Of a stretch of DNA of 64,000 bases, positions 36,673 to 46,100 are shown one piece after another. Source of the DNA: Elusimicrobiota bacterium. Lineage in GTDB: Bacteria > Elusimicrobiota > Elusimicrobia > UBA1565. A model generated the notes under the pieces. That model was not told the DNA's origin. It saw only the letters and a program-made list of their open reading frames with translations, and did not search any database. The stretch covers positions 1,559 through 65,558 of the forward strand of contig JBAZKS010000026.1 of assembly GCA_041650695.1 (NCBI GenBank), in the 5' to 3' direction. Position numbers and translations under genes: made by a program. Numbering within the stretch: the first letter of the stretch is position 1; every line of letters starts with the position of its first letter.

Positions 36673-37196
36673 GCCGTCGGACGGGACAGGAACGCGAGTA
36701 TCTCGCGGCAGAACGCGGGGAGGTCGTCGGGTTTCCGGGCCGTGATCAGGTTGCGGTCCACGACGACCTCTTGGTCCACGTAGCGGGCTCCCGCGTGGAC
36801 CACGTCGTCCTTGATCGCGTAAAAGCAGGTGGCGCTGCGCCCCCGGAGGACTCCGGCGGAGGCGAGGAGCCACGGCCCGTGGCAGATCGCGGCCGTCAGC
36901 TTGCCGCTCTCGAAGACTTCGCGCACGAAGCGGGCCGGCTCGGGGGTCCGGCGCATGAAGTCGGGAGCGAATCCTCCCGGGACGATGACGCCGGACACCT
37001 CGTCCGGCGGGAGGTCCGCGTAGAACGCCTCGGCGCGCGCCGGGTAGCCGAACTTGCAGGGATACTCCCGTCCCTTCTCCCGGCCGAGCAGCAGCACCGG
37101 GATCCCGGCCTCCTTGAGCCGGTAGTAGGGGACCCACACTTCCAGGGTCTGGTACTGTTCGTCGATGAGAATGGCGACCGGGAGGCGCTCCGTCAT
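36669..37196 (-). CDS. DJ-1/PfpI-family protein
   Basis: 175 aa from the internal Met MTERLPV. Nucleophile elbow AICHGP. Confidence 0.7.
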   Translation of the reverse strand: MTERLPVAILIDEQYQTLEVWVPYYRLKEAGIPVLLLGREKGREYPCKFGYPARAEAFYADLPPDEVSGVIVPGGFAPDFMRRTPEPARFVREVFESGKLTAAICHGPWLLASAGVLRGRSATCFYAIKDDVVHAGARYVDQEVVVDRNLITARKPDDLPAFCREILAFLSRPTA

Positions 37197-37600
37197 GCGG
37201 CGGGGGTAGCCCTCTCGGCGGAGTTCTGGCAGTCGATGCAGTAGCGGGCGAAGGGAAGAGCCTTGATGCGGGCCTTCTGGATGGGCTTGAGGCACTGCTC
37301 GCAGAGCCCGTAGGTCCCTTTCTCCATCTTGCGCAGGGCTCCCTCGATCTGGTCGAGCTGCACCCGTTCGTTGTCCGAGAGCTCGAAGAGGAGCTCTTTT
37401 TCTATGGATTGACCGGCTTGGTCCGCCTCGTCGCCTACATCCGGCGGATCCCCTCCCTCTCCCTGGTTCTTGTGGATCGCGTCCAGTATCTCGGAGCGCT
37501 TTTCGACGAGCATCCTCTTGATGGGCGTCCACTCCCCCTTCGATACTCCGGCCGCCTTGCGCGACGTATTCTTCCGCGCGGTCTTGGTCTTCTTCTTCAT
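37193..37600 (-). CDS. DksA/TraR-family C4 zinc-finger protein
   Basis: C-terminal CxxC-N17-CxxC (CEQC...CIDC), with a coiled coil and acidic tip upstream of it. Confidence 0.6.
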   Translation of the reverse strand: MKKKTKTARKNTSRKAAGVSKGEWTPIKRMLVEKRSEILDAIHKNQGEGGDPPDVGDEADQAGQSIEKELLFELSDNERVQLDQIEGALRKMEKGTYGLCEQCLKPIQKARIKALPFARYCIDCQNSAERATPAA

Positions 37601-37750
37601 GGGTCGGTTCTCCCGCGTCCTGTGTGGGGCGGCCAATAGTTTAACAGCCCACATCCCCCTGTCAAGGCTTTTCGTGAGGGAGGAATCTACGAAAAAAGGC
37701 CGGGGAGGTCAACAATCGGGTCGGCGGTCTGGAGCGGGCTCGGCCTGACC

Positions 37751-39340
37751 CTACGCCGCCCTCTTAGGCCCCGCGGGTTCGGGGAGGGCCTCCACCGCCT
37801 TGCAGAAATCCTCCGCGGAGTGGAAGCGCAGCTGCGGCTCGGGCTGCAGGGCCTTGCGCAGGATCGGGTCGATCTCCTTGGGTATGTCTGCGGCGAGCTT
37901 GGAGGCGGGGGCGTAGCGCATCTCGCGCTTCTGGGCCAGGAAATTCGGGCCGTCGAATGGGAGGCGACCGGTGGCCATTTCGTATAGGATGACGCCCAGC
38001 GAGTAGAAGTCGGATTCCTTGATCATGGAGCCCAACTCCTGCTCCGGGGCCATGTAGGCCGGGCTGCCGATGGGCTCGGTCCAGGAGAGCCGGGCCGCCA
38101 CCTTCCTCGCCTCGAGGCCGATCCCGAAGTCGCTCACCTTCACCAGGCCCTCCCGCGTCACGAAGATGTTCGCCGGGGTGAGGTCGCCGTGGAGGACCTT
38201 CTTGTCGTGGGCGTACTGGAGCGCCGTGCCTACCTGGCGGATGACGCGCTTGATGGCGGTCAGGTTGACCCGGTTGCCGGCCTCCAGGAATTGGCTCAAG
38301 GCCGGGCCCGGGACGAGTTCGACCGCCAGGTGGACCCGGTCCGCCTCCAGGAATACGGAGTAGACCTCCGCGAGGTTGGCGTGCTTGAGCGCGGCGACTC
38401 CTCGCGCCTGGGTCAGGAAGCGCTCGAGGTCCTTCTCGCTCCGGTGGAGCTCGTCCCGGATGCGCTTGATGACCACCCTGCGGTTGGCGGTGAGGTCCAT
38501 GGCTTCGTACGCGGTGCCGAGCGAGCCCTTGGCCAGTTCCTTGACGACCCTGTAGGATCCGCCCAGGATCTGGCCGGGAGCGACGGCGGGCAGGGGCGTG
38601 GTGTGCGGCCCTCCGAGAGGCCGGGGCGTGGCCGTGGGCGTCGAGGGGAGAGGGGTGTTCGGCATGGGCGTCGCCAGCGTCACCGGGGTCTGGCCCGCGG
38701 CGAGGTCCGCTCGCGAGCGGGACCTCCAGAGGAGGAAGAATACGAACGCGAGCATGAGGCTGGATGCCGCGATGCTGCCGGTGATCCAGCGTCGTTGGGT
38801 CTCGATGGAGCGTTGGACGGCCCGATGAGCGTCCTCCTCGGATTTGAGCCCGGCCTGCGCTCGCTGGCGGACGGCCGAGATCTTGGCGCTGAATCGGCCC
38901 ATCTCGATGAGCTGATTGAGCTCGTTGGACGCGTTCGTGGGGATGCCGCCGGTCCTGAAGAAATCCTGCATGGCCTGGGAGCCTTTCCGGATCTCTTCGT
39001 CGCGGCGGAGCTGGTCGAAATCCTCTCCCAGTCCGATGAGGAGCGACAGGAGCTCCTGGACCTGCCCGCGCAGCGTTTCGCGCTGGGCGAAGAGCCGGTC
39101 GAGGTCCCTTTTCGCGTGGTAGCCCGCCCTTACGCCGTCGAGCTGGCTCAGCAGGGGCTCGATCTCGTTGATGACTCCCAAGATCGCCTGGTGATACTCT
39201 TCGAGCGTCTGCGGGCGCTTGGGCCGAGGCGCGCCGGCGTCCGCGGTCCAGGCGAGCGGCAGCACGGAAGAGAGCAGGAGGGGCAGGATGGACAGGCTCA
39301 CCATGGGCGGACAATGAAGAGGATTGCAAAATATCATCAT
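37751..39340 (-). CDS. Membrane sensor protein with a C-terminal Ser/Thr-kinase-like domain (atypical catalytic loop)
   Basis: Signal peptide, a ~190-aa helical extracytoplasmic domain, a TM, and a Pro/Thr linker. The kinase domain has VVIKR, DFG and APE. Its catalytic loop reads HGDLTPAN rather than HRDLKPxN. Confidence 0.6.
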   Translation of the reverse strand: MMIFCNPLHCPPMVSLSILPLLLSSVLPLAWTADAGAPRPKRPQTLEEYHQAILGVINEIEPLLSQLDGVRAGYHAKRDLDRLFAQRETLRGQVQELLSLLIGLGEDFDQLRRDEEIRKGSQAMQDFFRTGGIPTNASNELNQLIEMGRFSAKISAVRQRAQAGLKSEEDAHRAVQRSIETQRRWITGSIAASSLMLAFVFFLLWRSRSRADLAAGQTPVTLATPMPNTPLPSTPTATPRPLGGPHTTPLPAVAPGQILGGSYRVVKELAKGSLGTAYEAMDLTANRRVVIKRIRDELHRSEKDLERFLTQARGVAALKHANLAEVYSVFLEADRVHLAVELVPGPALSQFLEAGNRVNLTAIKRVIRQVGTALQYAHDKKVLHGDLTPANIFVTREGLVKVSDFGIGLEARKVAARLSWTEPIGSPAYMAPEQELGSMIKESDFYSLGVILYEMATGRLPFDGPNFLAQKREMRYAPASKLAADIPKEIDPILRKALQPEPQLRFHSAEDFCKAVEALPEPAGPKRAA

Positions 39341-39383
39341 TCTGGCAATTGAACGCGGGGCGCGAAAATCTTACACTCCCCCC

Positions 39384-40532
39384 ATGGCGTCCCTTGAATC
39401 CATCCTGGTGGCCGATGACGACGAATCCTGGGTGGATTTCTGCCGTAGCCTTCTCGAGGCGGAGGGCTTCGAGGTCGCGACCGCCCTATCCGTCCATCAA
39501 GCGCAGCGCCTCGTGGAGGGGCGCCCCGCCTTCGATGTCGCCTTCGTGGACCTGTGCCTTCCCGCGGCCGATGACGGCAAGGAGCTGGTCGCGGCGATCA
39601 AGGCGCGTCGCCCGGAGACCGACGTCATCCTGATGACCGCCTCTCCGAGCATCGAGAGCGCCATCGCGGTGCTCAAGGACGGCGCCTGCGACTATATCGT
39701 CAAGCCCTTCGACTCGAACTATCTGCGCACGGTCCTCAATCGGGTCGTCGGCGCGCGGAGATCCAGGAAGGAGCTCGGCGTGGAGCGGCAGCTGCGCGAG
39801 GAGCTGGAGGCCGCTTATGGGGAGGCGAAGCGCCTCCAGAAGCTCCGGGAAGGCTTCCTGGCCCGGGTCAGCCACGAGCTCAACACCCCGCTGGCCCAAG
39901 CCATGTTCGCCATCGAGCTCCTGGACGAAACGGTCCCCCCGGATCCCAAGCTCAAGGCCCGCGTGCAGAGCGCGGATGCCGCAGTGAAGCGGTTGCGCGA
40001 GGTCGTCGAGGACCTGCTCGATTTCGTGGACGTCGAGAAGTCTGACCTGAGCCTGGATCGCAAGGCCGTGGCCCTGCCGCCGCTTTTCCGCGATATCGAG
40101 GAGGAGTCCCGCCGGCTCCTCGCGCTCAAGCGCGTCACGGTGTCCATGCGCTTCCCCGACGGCCTCCCTGCGGTGTGGGGCGACACCCGCCTCCTGGCCC
40201 GGGCATTCCGGCAGCTGTTCCTGAACGCCATCCACTTCAATACCCAGGGGGGCGTGCTGGAGATCGCGGCTTCCTCGTGGGAGGACCAGGTCGTCGTCCA
40301 CGTGCGGGACCAGGGGGAAGGCATCCCGCGGGAGGAGAAGGCCCGCTGCTTCGACCCGTTCTACCAGATCGCCGAGTATATGACCCGCAAGGTGGGAGGG
40401 CTGGGCTTGGGGCTGGCGATCACCAAGAGGATCGTCGAGGCCCACGGGGGCTCCATCTCCGTGGAGAGTCCGCCGGACGGAGGCAGCGACTTCCGGGTGA
40501 CCCTGCCCTGCCCTACGCCTCCGGCTTCTTGA
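39384..40532 (+). CDS. Hybrid response-regulator receiver / histidine kinase
   Basis: N-terminal REC domain (DDD...D, with K), HisKA H-box (SHELNTPL), and HATPase_c boxes (N, G1 DQGEGI, G2 GGLGLGLAI). Confidence 0.8.
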   Translation: MASLESILVADDDESWVDFCRSLLEAEGFEVATALSVHQAQRLVEGRPAFDVAFVDLCLPAADDGKELVAAIKARRPETDVILMTASPSIESAIAVLKDGACDYIVKPFDSNYLRTVLNRVVGARRSRKELGVERQLREELEAAYGEAKRLQKLREGFLARVSHELNTPLAQAMFAIELLDETVPPDPKLKARVQSADAAVKRLREVVEDLLDFVDVEKSDLSLDRKAVALPPLFRDIEEESRRLLALKRVTVSMRFPDGLPAVWGDTRLLARAFRQLFLNAIHFNTQGGVLEIAASSWEDQVVVHVRDQGEGIPREEKARCFDPFYQIAEYMTRKVGGLGLGLAITKRIVEAHGGSISVESPPDGGSDFRVTLPCPTPPAS

Positions 40533-42114
40533 GCAGGTTCTTGAAAGTGGATGAGAGCATGGAGATCATCTCGTCCTTCTTTCGCAGGCTCGCCAGGAGC
40601 TCCTCGCGTTCCTTGAGCCACTCTCCCGCCCCGCGCTCGGTCTCCTCCTTCTGCCGGACCACTTGGCCGATGTGGTCGGAGAGGCTCCGTACCTGGTTGC
40701 GCAGGTCCGAGGCCGCGGCTTCGCTGTCGGCCCGCTTCTGACGCTCCTCATCGAGGAGCCGCTGGAACTGGTTGAGCTTCTCCTCCCAGCGCCGGTCCGA
40801 CTCGAGGCGCGCTTCGATCTGGTTCTTGACCTTGGCGGCCTCCTCGGCGAGCGCTTGGACGATGCCGTCGCGCTCTGACGCGAGGGCCTGGAAGCGCAGT
40901 TCCTTCTGGACCGCTTCCTTCTTGAGGAGGTCGAGCTCGGCCCGCAGCCCCGCGACGGCGCTTCGGGCCGAAGCGGTCTCCTCTTGGGACCCCCGCGTCT
41001 TGGCGCGTTCCGCCTCGAGTTGGCGGTCGAGCCCCATGAGGCTTTCCCCGAGGCTCCGTTCGACTTCCCGGCGCTCGAGCGAGTAGGCGCGCAGCTGTTC
41101 CGTCCGCTGACGCAGGGCCTGCATGAGGTCCCTCTTCTCGGCCTCGAGATCCTCGAGCATCTGGTCCTTGGCCTTCTCCGGCTTCGCGAGCCGGGCGCAG
41201 AGCTGGCCCAGGAGCTCCCCGAGCTTCGCGAGCGTCTGGGAGGATTCCCCTTGGCGCTGTTCGAAACCGCCGAAGGCTTCCTGGAGCCCTGCGAGCTGAG
41301 CCTGGAACTGCTTCTCGATCTCGAGGCGCCCCTTGAGGTACTCCTGCCGGGTCTGATGGCGCTGCTCTTCCATGGCCTCGCGCAGCGCCTCGCGCTCATG
41401 GGCCAGGGCGGACATGCGCCTCTGCTGCTCGTCGAGCTCCGCCGCGATGCGTTGGTCGATCGCGGCCAGGCGCTGGACCAGGGTCTCGGCGATGCCCTTG
41501 GCCCAGGAATCGAGACGCTCCTTGATCTCCGCGTCCTCGCGGCCGCGGCGCTCCGCCTGTGTCTGCAGGCCCGCGGCCAGCCCCTGGACCTCTCCGGTCA
41601 GCACCGGCAGGGCTTCGAGGGTCTGCTTGAGCCTGCCGAAAGCCTGCTGCATCGCCCCCAGGCCCTCGGCGAGGGTTTTGGAGGCGGCGTCGATCCTCTC
41701 GTCGGCGGATCGGGCCCCGGGGAGCGCCGATTGGACGAGGGCGGTCCACGATTTGACCATCTCGTCGAGGCGCGTCTCGAGCGCGTCGATGCGGCCCCGG
41801 GAGAGGGCCTTCTCGTCCTCGAGCTCCCGGAGCTGCTTCTCGGCCTTGACCTGCTCGAGGATCTCCTTGAGCTGCGATTCGACCTCCCCCCGCATCGCCG
41901 CCTGCTGCTTGATCAGGCTTTCGGACGAAAGGGCCCGTTCGCGCGACTGCATGAGCTCGCGCTCCATGAGCTCCATGCGCTTGCGCATGTATTCGAGGAG
42001 CGGGCTCTCCTCGCGGTGGAGGAGCCCCGCGGGGGGCGGCACCGGAGGATGCGCCGCTCCGGGCCGGGGCGGGAGCGGCGGGGCGGGGCGTTCGGGAGGC
42101 GTCTCGTCGCTCAT
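40513..42114 (-). CDS. Long coiled-coil protein with a Pro-rich N-terminus
   Basis: The Pro-rich PERPAPPLPPRPG N-terminus is followed by a continuous coiled-coil-like E/R/L/Q-rich stretch to the C-terminus. Confidence 0.4.
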   Translation of the reverse strand: MSDETPPERPAPPLPPRPGAAHPPVPPPAGLLHREESPLLEYMRKRMELMERELMQSRERALSSESLIKQQAAMRGEVESQLKEILEQVKAEKQLRELEDEKALSRGRIDALETRLDEMVKSWTALVQSALPGARSADERIDAASKTLAEGLGAMQQAFGRLKQTLEALPVLTGEVQGLAAGLQTQAERRGREDAEIKERLDSWAKGIAETLVQRLAAIDQRIAAELDEQQRRMSALAHEREALREAMEEQRHQTRQEYLKGRLEIEKQFQAQLAGLQEAFGGFEQRQGESSQTLAKLGELLGQLCARLAKPEKAKDQMLEDLEAEKRDLMQALRQRTEQLRAYSLERREVERSLGESLMGLDRQLEAERAKTRGSQEETASARSAVAGLRAELDLLKKEAVQKELRFQALASERDGIVQALAEEAAKVKNQIEARLESDRRWEEKLNQFQRLLDEERQKRADSEAAASDLRNQVRSLSDHIGQVVRQKEETERGAGEWLKEREELLASLRKKDEMISMLSSTFKNLLKKPEA

Positions 42115-42119
42115 GCGGG

Positions 42120-43136
42120 TCAGAACCCTCGCCTGCGGTATTTGCGCGAACGCTTCGCGGGGAGGCTCCAGCTGACCGAGAAGCGGTGCGTGTCCCCCAG
42201 GATGCCGAGGGGGACAATCGCGTAGTCGAAAGAGAAGTCTCCGGCGCGGATGCCGATCCCTCCGCTGATGCCGCGCAGGCCTTCCGGCCCTTTGAACTGG
42301 AGGCGCGAGTTATACCCGCCCCGGACCATGAGCTTGACGCCGGCGGGCGTGTCGACGCTGAATTCTCCGCCGAGGGCGCCGTAGGGCTGGTTCGAGTTCT
42401 GACCGATGGCGTCCATGGACAGGAGGAGGAACGGCTTGGGCAGGATGGAAGCGCCGATCCTGAGGCGGAGAGGCAAGGGGTCGCGCGCCCTGTCGAATTT
42501 CTGGCCCCGCCCGATGTTCTGCAGGACCATGCCGAAGTTGTAGGGGACGTAGGCCTCGGAGTAGTGGGCCTGCACCCCCATGTCCGCGCAGAAGCCGTCC
42601 GCGTGGGCAACCAAGTCCGAGTGGATGACGCGGCCGGAGATGCCGAGGGAGACATCGTGCTCCGAGTCGGTCATCTCCGAGATGGTCTTGCCCCACCCGC
42701 CCTCGAAGACGTAGTTGCGCGGACGGAAGGTCCCCAGCTCGTTGCCGCTCATGTCCGTGTTCGTGATGCTCCCCGCGTCCATGTAGCGGAACGCGCCGGC
42801 GACCACGGATGCGTCCGTGATGCGCTGGGCATAGGAGAAGTACTGGTAGCGGATGCCGACCAGATACTCGGTATGCATGGCGGAGACCGCGGCTCGAGGG
42901 ACCAGGCTCAGGCCAGCAGGATTCCAGTACATGGAGAAGGCGTCCCCGGTGACGGCGGTGAAGGCCGTTCCCATGGCGATGCCTCGGGGATCGACGTCGA
43001 CCGTGAGGAACTCGGCGCCCGCGGTCCCGATCGCGTTGGAGCTGAAATCCGCGGCGCAAGACGGGGCGGCCAGGAGCCACGCGGCCGCGGCCGCCGCCAG
43101 AGTCCTTGCGTTCAAGCGTCTTCGGGTCCCGGGCAT
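42120..43136 (-). CDS. PorV/PorQ-family outer-membrane beta-barrel (T9SS shuttle-like)
   Basis: Signal peptide. N-terminal pattern GAEFLxV...RGIAMGTAFTAV..D..SMYWNPAGL is typical of PorV/LptO. C-terminal Phe. Lies 2 nt downstream of the CTD-bearing giant gene. Confidence 0.5.
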   Translation of the reverse strand: MPGTRRRLNARTLAAAAAAWLLAAPSCAADFSSNAIGTAGAEFLTVDVDPRGIAMGTAFTAVTGDAFSMYWNPAGLSLVPRAAVSAMHTEYLVGIRYQYFSYAQRITDASVVAGAFRYMDAGSITNTDMSGNELGTFRPRNYVFEGGWGKTISEMTDSEHDVSLGISGRVIHSDLVAHADGFCADMGVQAHYSEAYVPYNFGMVLQNIGRGQKFDRARDPLPLRLRIGASILPKPFLLLSMDAIGQNSNQPYGALGGEFSVDTPAGVKLMVRGGYNSRLQFKGPEGLRGISGGIGIRAGDFSFDYAIVPLGILGDTHRFSVSWSLPAKRSRKYRRRGF

Positions 43137-43137
43137 C

Positions 43138-46100
43138 TCAGCGCACCACCGCCAGCTTCATGATCCGTTTCTTGCCCTCGGCCTCGATCACCGCGAAATA
43201 GACCCCGCTGGCCACGGGACGCCCGACCACGTTCGTCGCGTTCCAGGTGAGGAGACCCGTGCTGCCGGACCTGCCGTCGAAGATCTGTTCCCCGTGGAGG
43301 GTGTAGACCCGGACCAGGGCGCTCGCCGGGAGTCTGTCGAATGTGAAGTATCCCTGGTAGCTGGTATACAGGGGGTTGGGGAATATCCTGGCGTTCTCGA
43401 GGTCTCGTTGCGGGAGTATCTGCATGAGCTGGAAAGTGGAGAGGTGGTTGGACTGTGCGTAGGCCATCTTGCCGGCCCGGTCGATGCTGGTCAGCAGCGG
43501 GACGCAGGTCCTCCCGGCCGGATCGTAGCGCACGATGCTGAGCGTCGGCAGGTCGGCCGTGGCTACCCCCGAGCCATCGTAGGAGATGCCGAGATTGAAC
43601 GGGGCGACGGGCTGCGCGTCCGGTCGGGCGGTGAGCGTCACGGCCGGGAGGCTGCCGCAGCGGTTCCCGTTCCAGCTCGGCGTCTGGGAGGATATATAGA
43701 GGAAAAGGTCCTGCGTGAAGGTGTGCGGGTAGATGTAGAGGGACACTCCCCGGCCGTTCCCCACATTCCCTTCGAGCGTCGTCAGCTTTTCCTGGGAGAC
43801 GTAGACGCCGATGGAGCCCAGCGGGCCGCCTCCGTTGTCCGTGTAGGTCCGGGTCGAGGAGATCCCCGTCAGGGCTCCGTAGAGGTTCGACGCCTGCACG
43901 CGGATGTCGTACCAGGCGCCGGTGAGCAGGCCATTGAGCTCCACCGTGCTCGAGGAGTAGTTGTCCGCGAACGCGATCGGCGTGGATACGTGCTTGTTGA
44001 AGTTGTCGGTGGATAGGGTCACCTGGTAGACGGTCCAGGTGGAATTCCCGTTCGTCTCCCACTCCAGCCCGATGCTCGACGGGGTGACGAAGGTGACGGT
44101 CGGGCTCGACGGGGAGTTCGCCAGAGTGCACGTGGCCCCGAGCGACACGTAGTTGTCCTCGGGACTGGGGACCCCCGCCTCGTCAAGGTACCCGTTCCGC
44201 GCGCGGACGTAGACCTCGATCAAGGCGTTGGCCCTGGTGCCCTCTTCGGGGAACACGAGGTCCACTTGAGTGACCGCGCCGACGATGGGGACGGTGGAGC
44301 CTCCGACCATGCCCCCGAACCCCTCGAACGTCGTATAAGCGGGATTGGTGTTCGCCGACCACTTGACGGACAGGGATTTGGTGCCGATGTTGGAATAGGG
44401 AGACGATCCCGCGAGAGGGGGCGCGGCCAGGGTGTACGTCGTCGAGGGCGCCGTCAGCTCGCCGATCCCGGCCTCGGTCACGGCCTGGACCCGCACGCAA
44501 GACGCGGTGTTCGTGCTCAGATGCTCCTGCAGCCAGATGTGGGACGTCGGCGTGGCGATCACGACGCCGGCCGAGGTCGAGTAGACCTTATAGTAGATGG
44601 CTCCGGGATTCTCAGACCAGGACCATTCGATGCTGGACACGCTCTTGGCGCTCCCCGTCACTCCGGAGATCTTTGCGGTAGCGGTTTTGACCGATTCCGT
44701 CGCGAAGGTGACGTCGCCGTCCCCGCTCAGGGTGTATGCGGCGACTTTGACTTCCGCGGGGGTGTCCGGGGCCAGGCCCGTCTGGTAGAAGTAGACCTCC
44801 CCTCCCTTCATCTGCGTCGGAGACACGGTGGAGATGAATACGCCCGAGGTGGCGAAGTAGACGTTATAGCCGTCGACGGTCCCGCTGGTGACCGGAGGCC
44901 AGCTCCAGCAGACGGAGGAGACCCCCACCAGGGCCCCGTGGGGGATGCCGGGGGCTGAGGACGGGCGCGCGGGGCCGATCTGGATGAGTTTGCTCGGCGA
45001 GAATTGGCTGTTGGCCGCTACGCGAAGATGGTAGTACCCGTAGGGCAGGAGCCCGGGGCTGGTGGGCAGGGCCAGCGTGATCGAGGAGTTGATGCGGTCC
45101 CAGGAGTTCTGGCCGGGGTAGAACGCCGCGCTGGTCAGGTCGATGAGGAACCCGGCCGACTTGGCGCCGCTGTTCCCGCTCTCCGCCATCCGCTGCAGGT
45201 AGATCCGGGGATGGGAGTGGTGGGAGTTCCCGCTGGCCGCTCCGCCGCCCGCGGCCTCGCTTTCTCCCGTGAAATGATTCCCCGTCATCGTGATCCAGCC
45301 GCCCCGGTCGAAGAGCCCGCTGCTCACGTCGACGATGGCGGGCACGCGGGGGAACGGGATGGGGGTGGCCTCGTCCGGCGAATAGGTGAAGTATTGATGC
45401 TCCGTGATGTTCAGGCTCTCCACCCCGTCGAAGCCTCCCGCGACCACCAGCGTCCCGTCGGCCAGGAGCGTGCAGGTGTGGTCCCCGCGCTTCTGGAAGG
45501 ACTTGCCCTGCATCTGCCAGGTGGAGAGGTCCACGTCGAAGGCCTCGGCGTACTCGACCGGCTTGCCGAATTTGTCGAAGCCTCCGACGAGGAGCACCTT
45601 GCCGTTCGGCAGGAGTTGCGCCGTGTGGCTGATCCTCGGGAAGATCATGTCGTCGCCGGGAGGGTACGGGGCGTCGCCGGTCCTGGACCAGACGACGGGG
45701 TCCGCGGTGACCGGGTTGTAGAGAGTCGGGTCGTAGATCTCCGCCTTGGCGACTTCTCCGAACCCGTCGTTGCCCCCCGCCGCGAGCAGCCTCCCGTCGC
45801 GCAGCATCGTCACGGTGTGGGAGTGCCTCTTGGAGTTCATCGTGATGGGCGGGCAGCCCGTGCCGTAGTTCCAGTCCCCCGTCGAGGGGTCGAATATCTC
45901 GACGCCGCAGCGCGTGTTGGCGCTTTCGTCGCCGAGCACGCCCGACACGTTCACGCCGCCGGCCACCACGACTTTCCCGGTATGGAGCGCCGTCATCGTG
46001 TGCTGGGCGCGCTTCGTGTTCATCGGGTCGAGCTGGATCCACCGGTGGCTCGTCGTGATGTAGATCTCCGCGGAGTTCAGGTAGTCCCCGTTCGCGAAGC

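Noticed and set aside
37655-37750. Possible terminator downstream of the kinase gene
   Set aside because: GGCCGG/CCGGCC segments and a T-run are present, but I could not define a clean stem-loop by eye.
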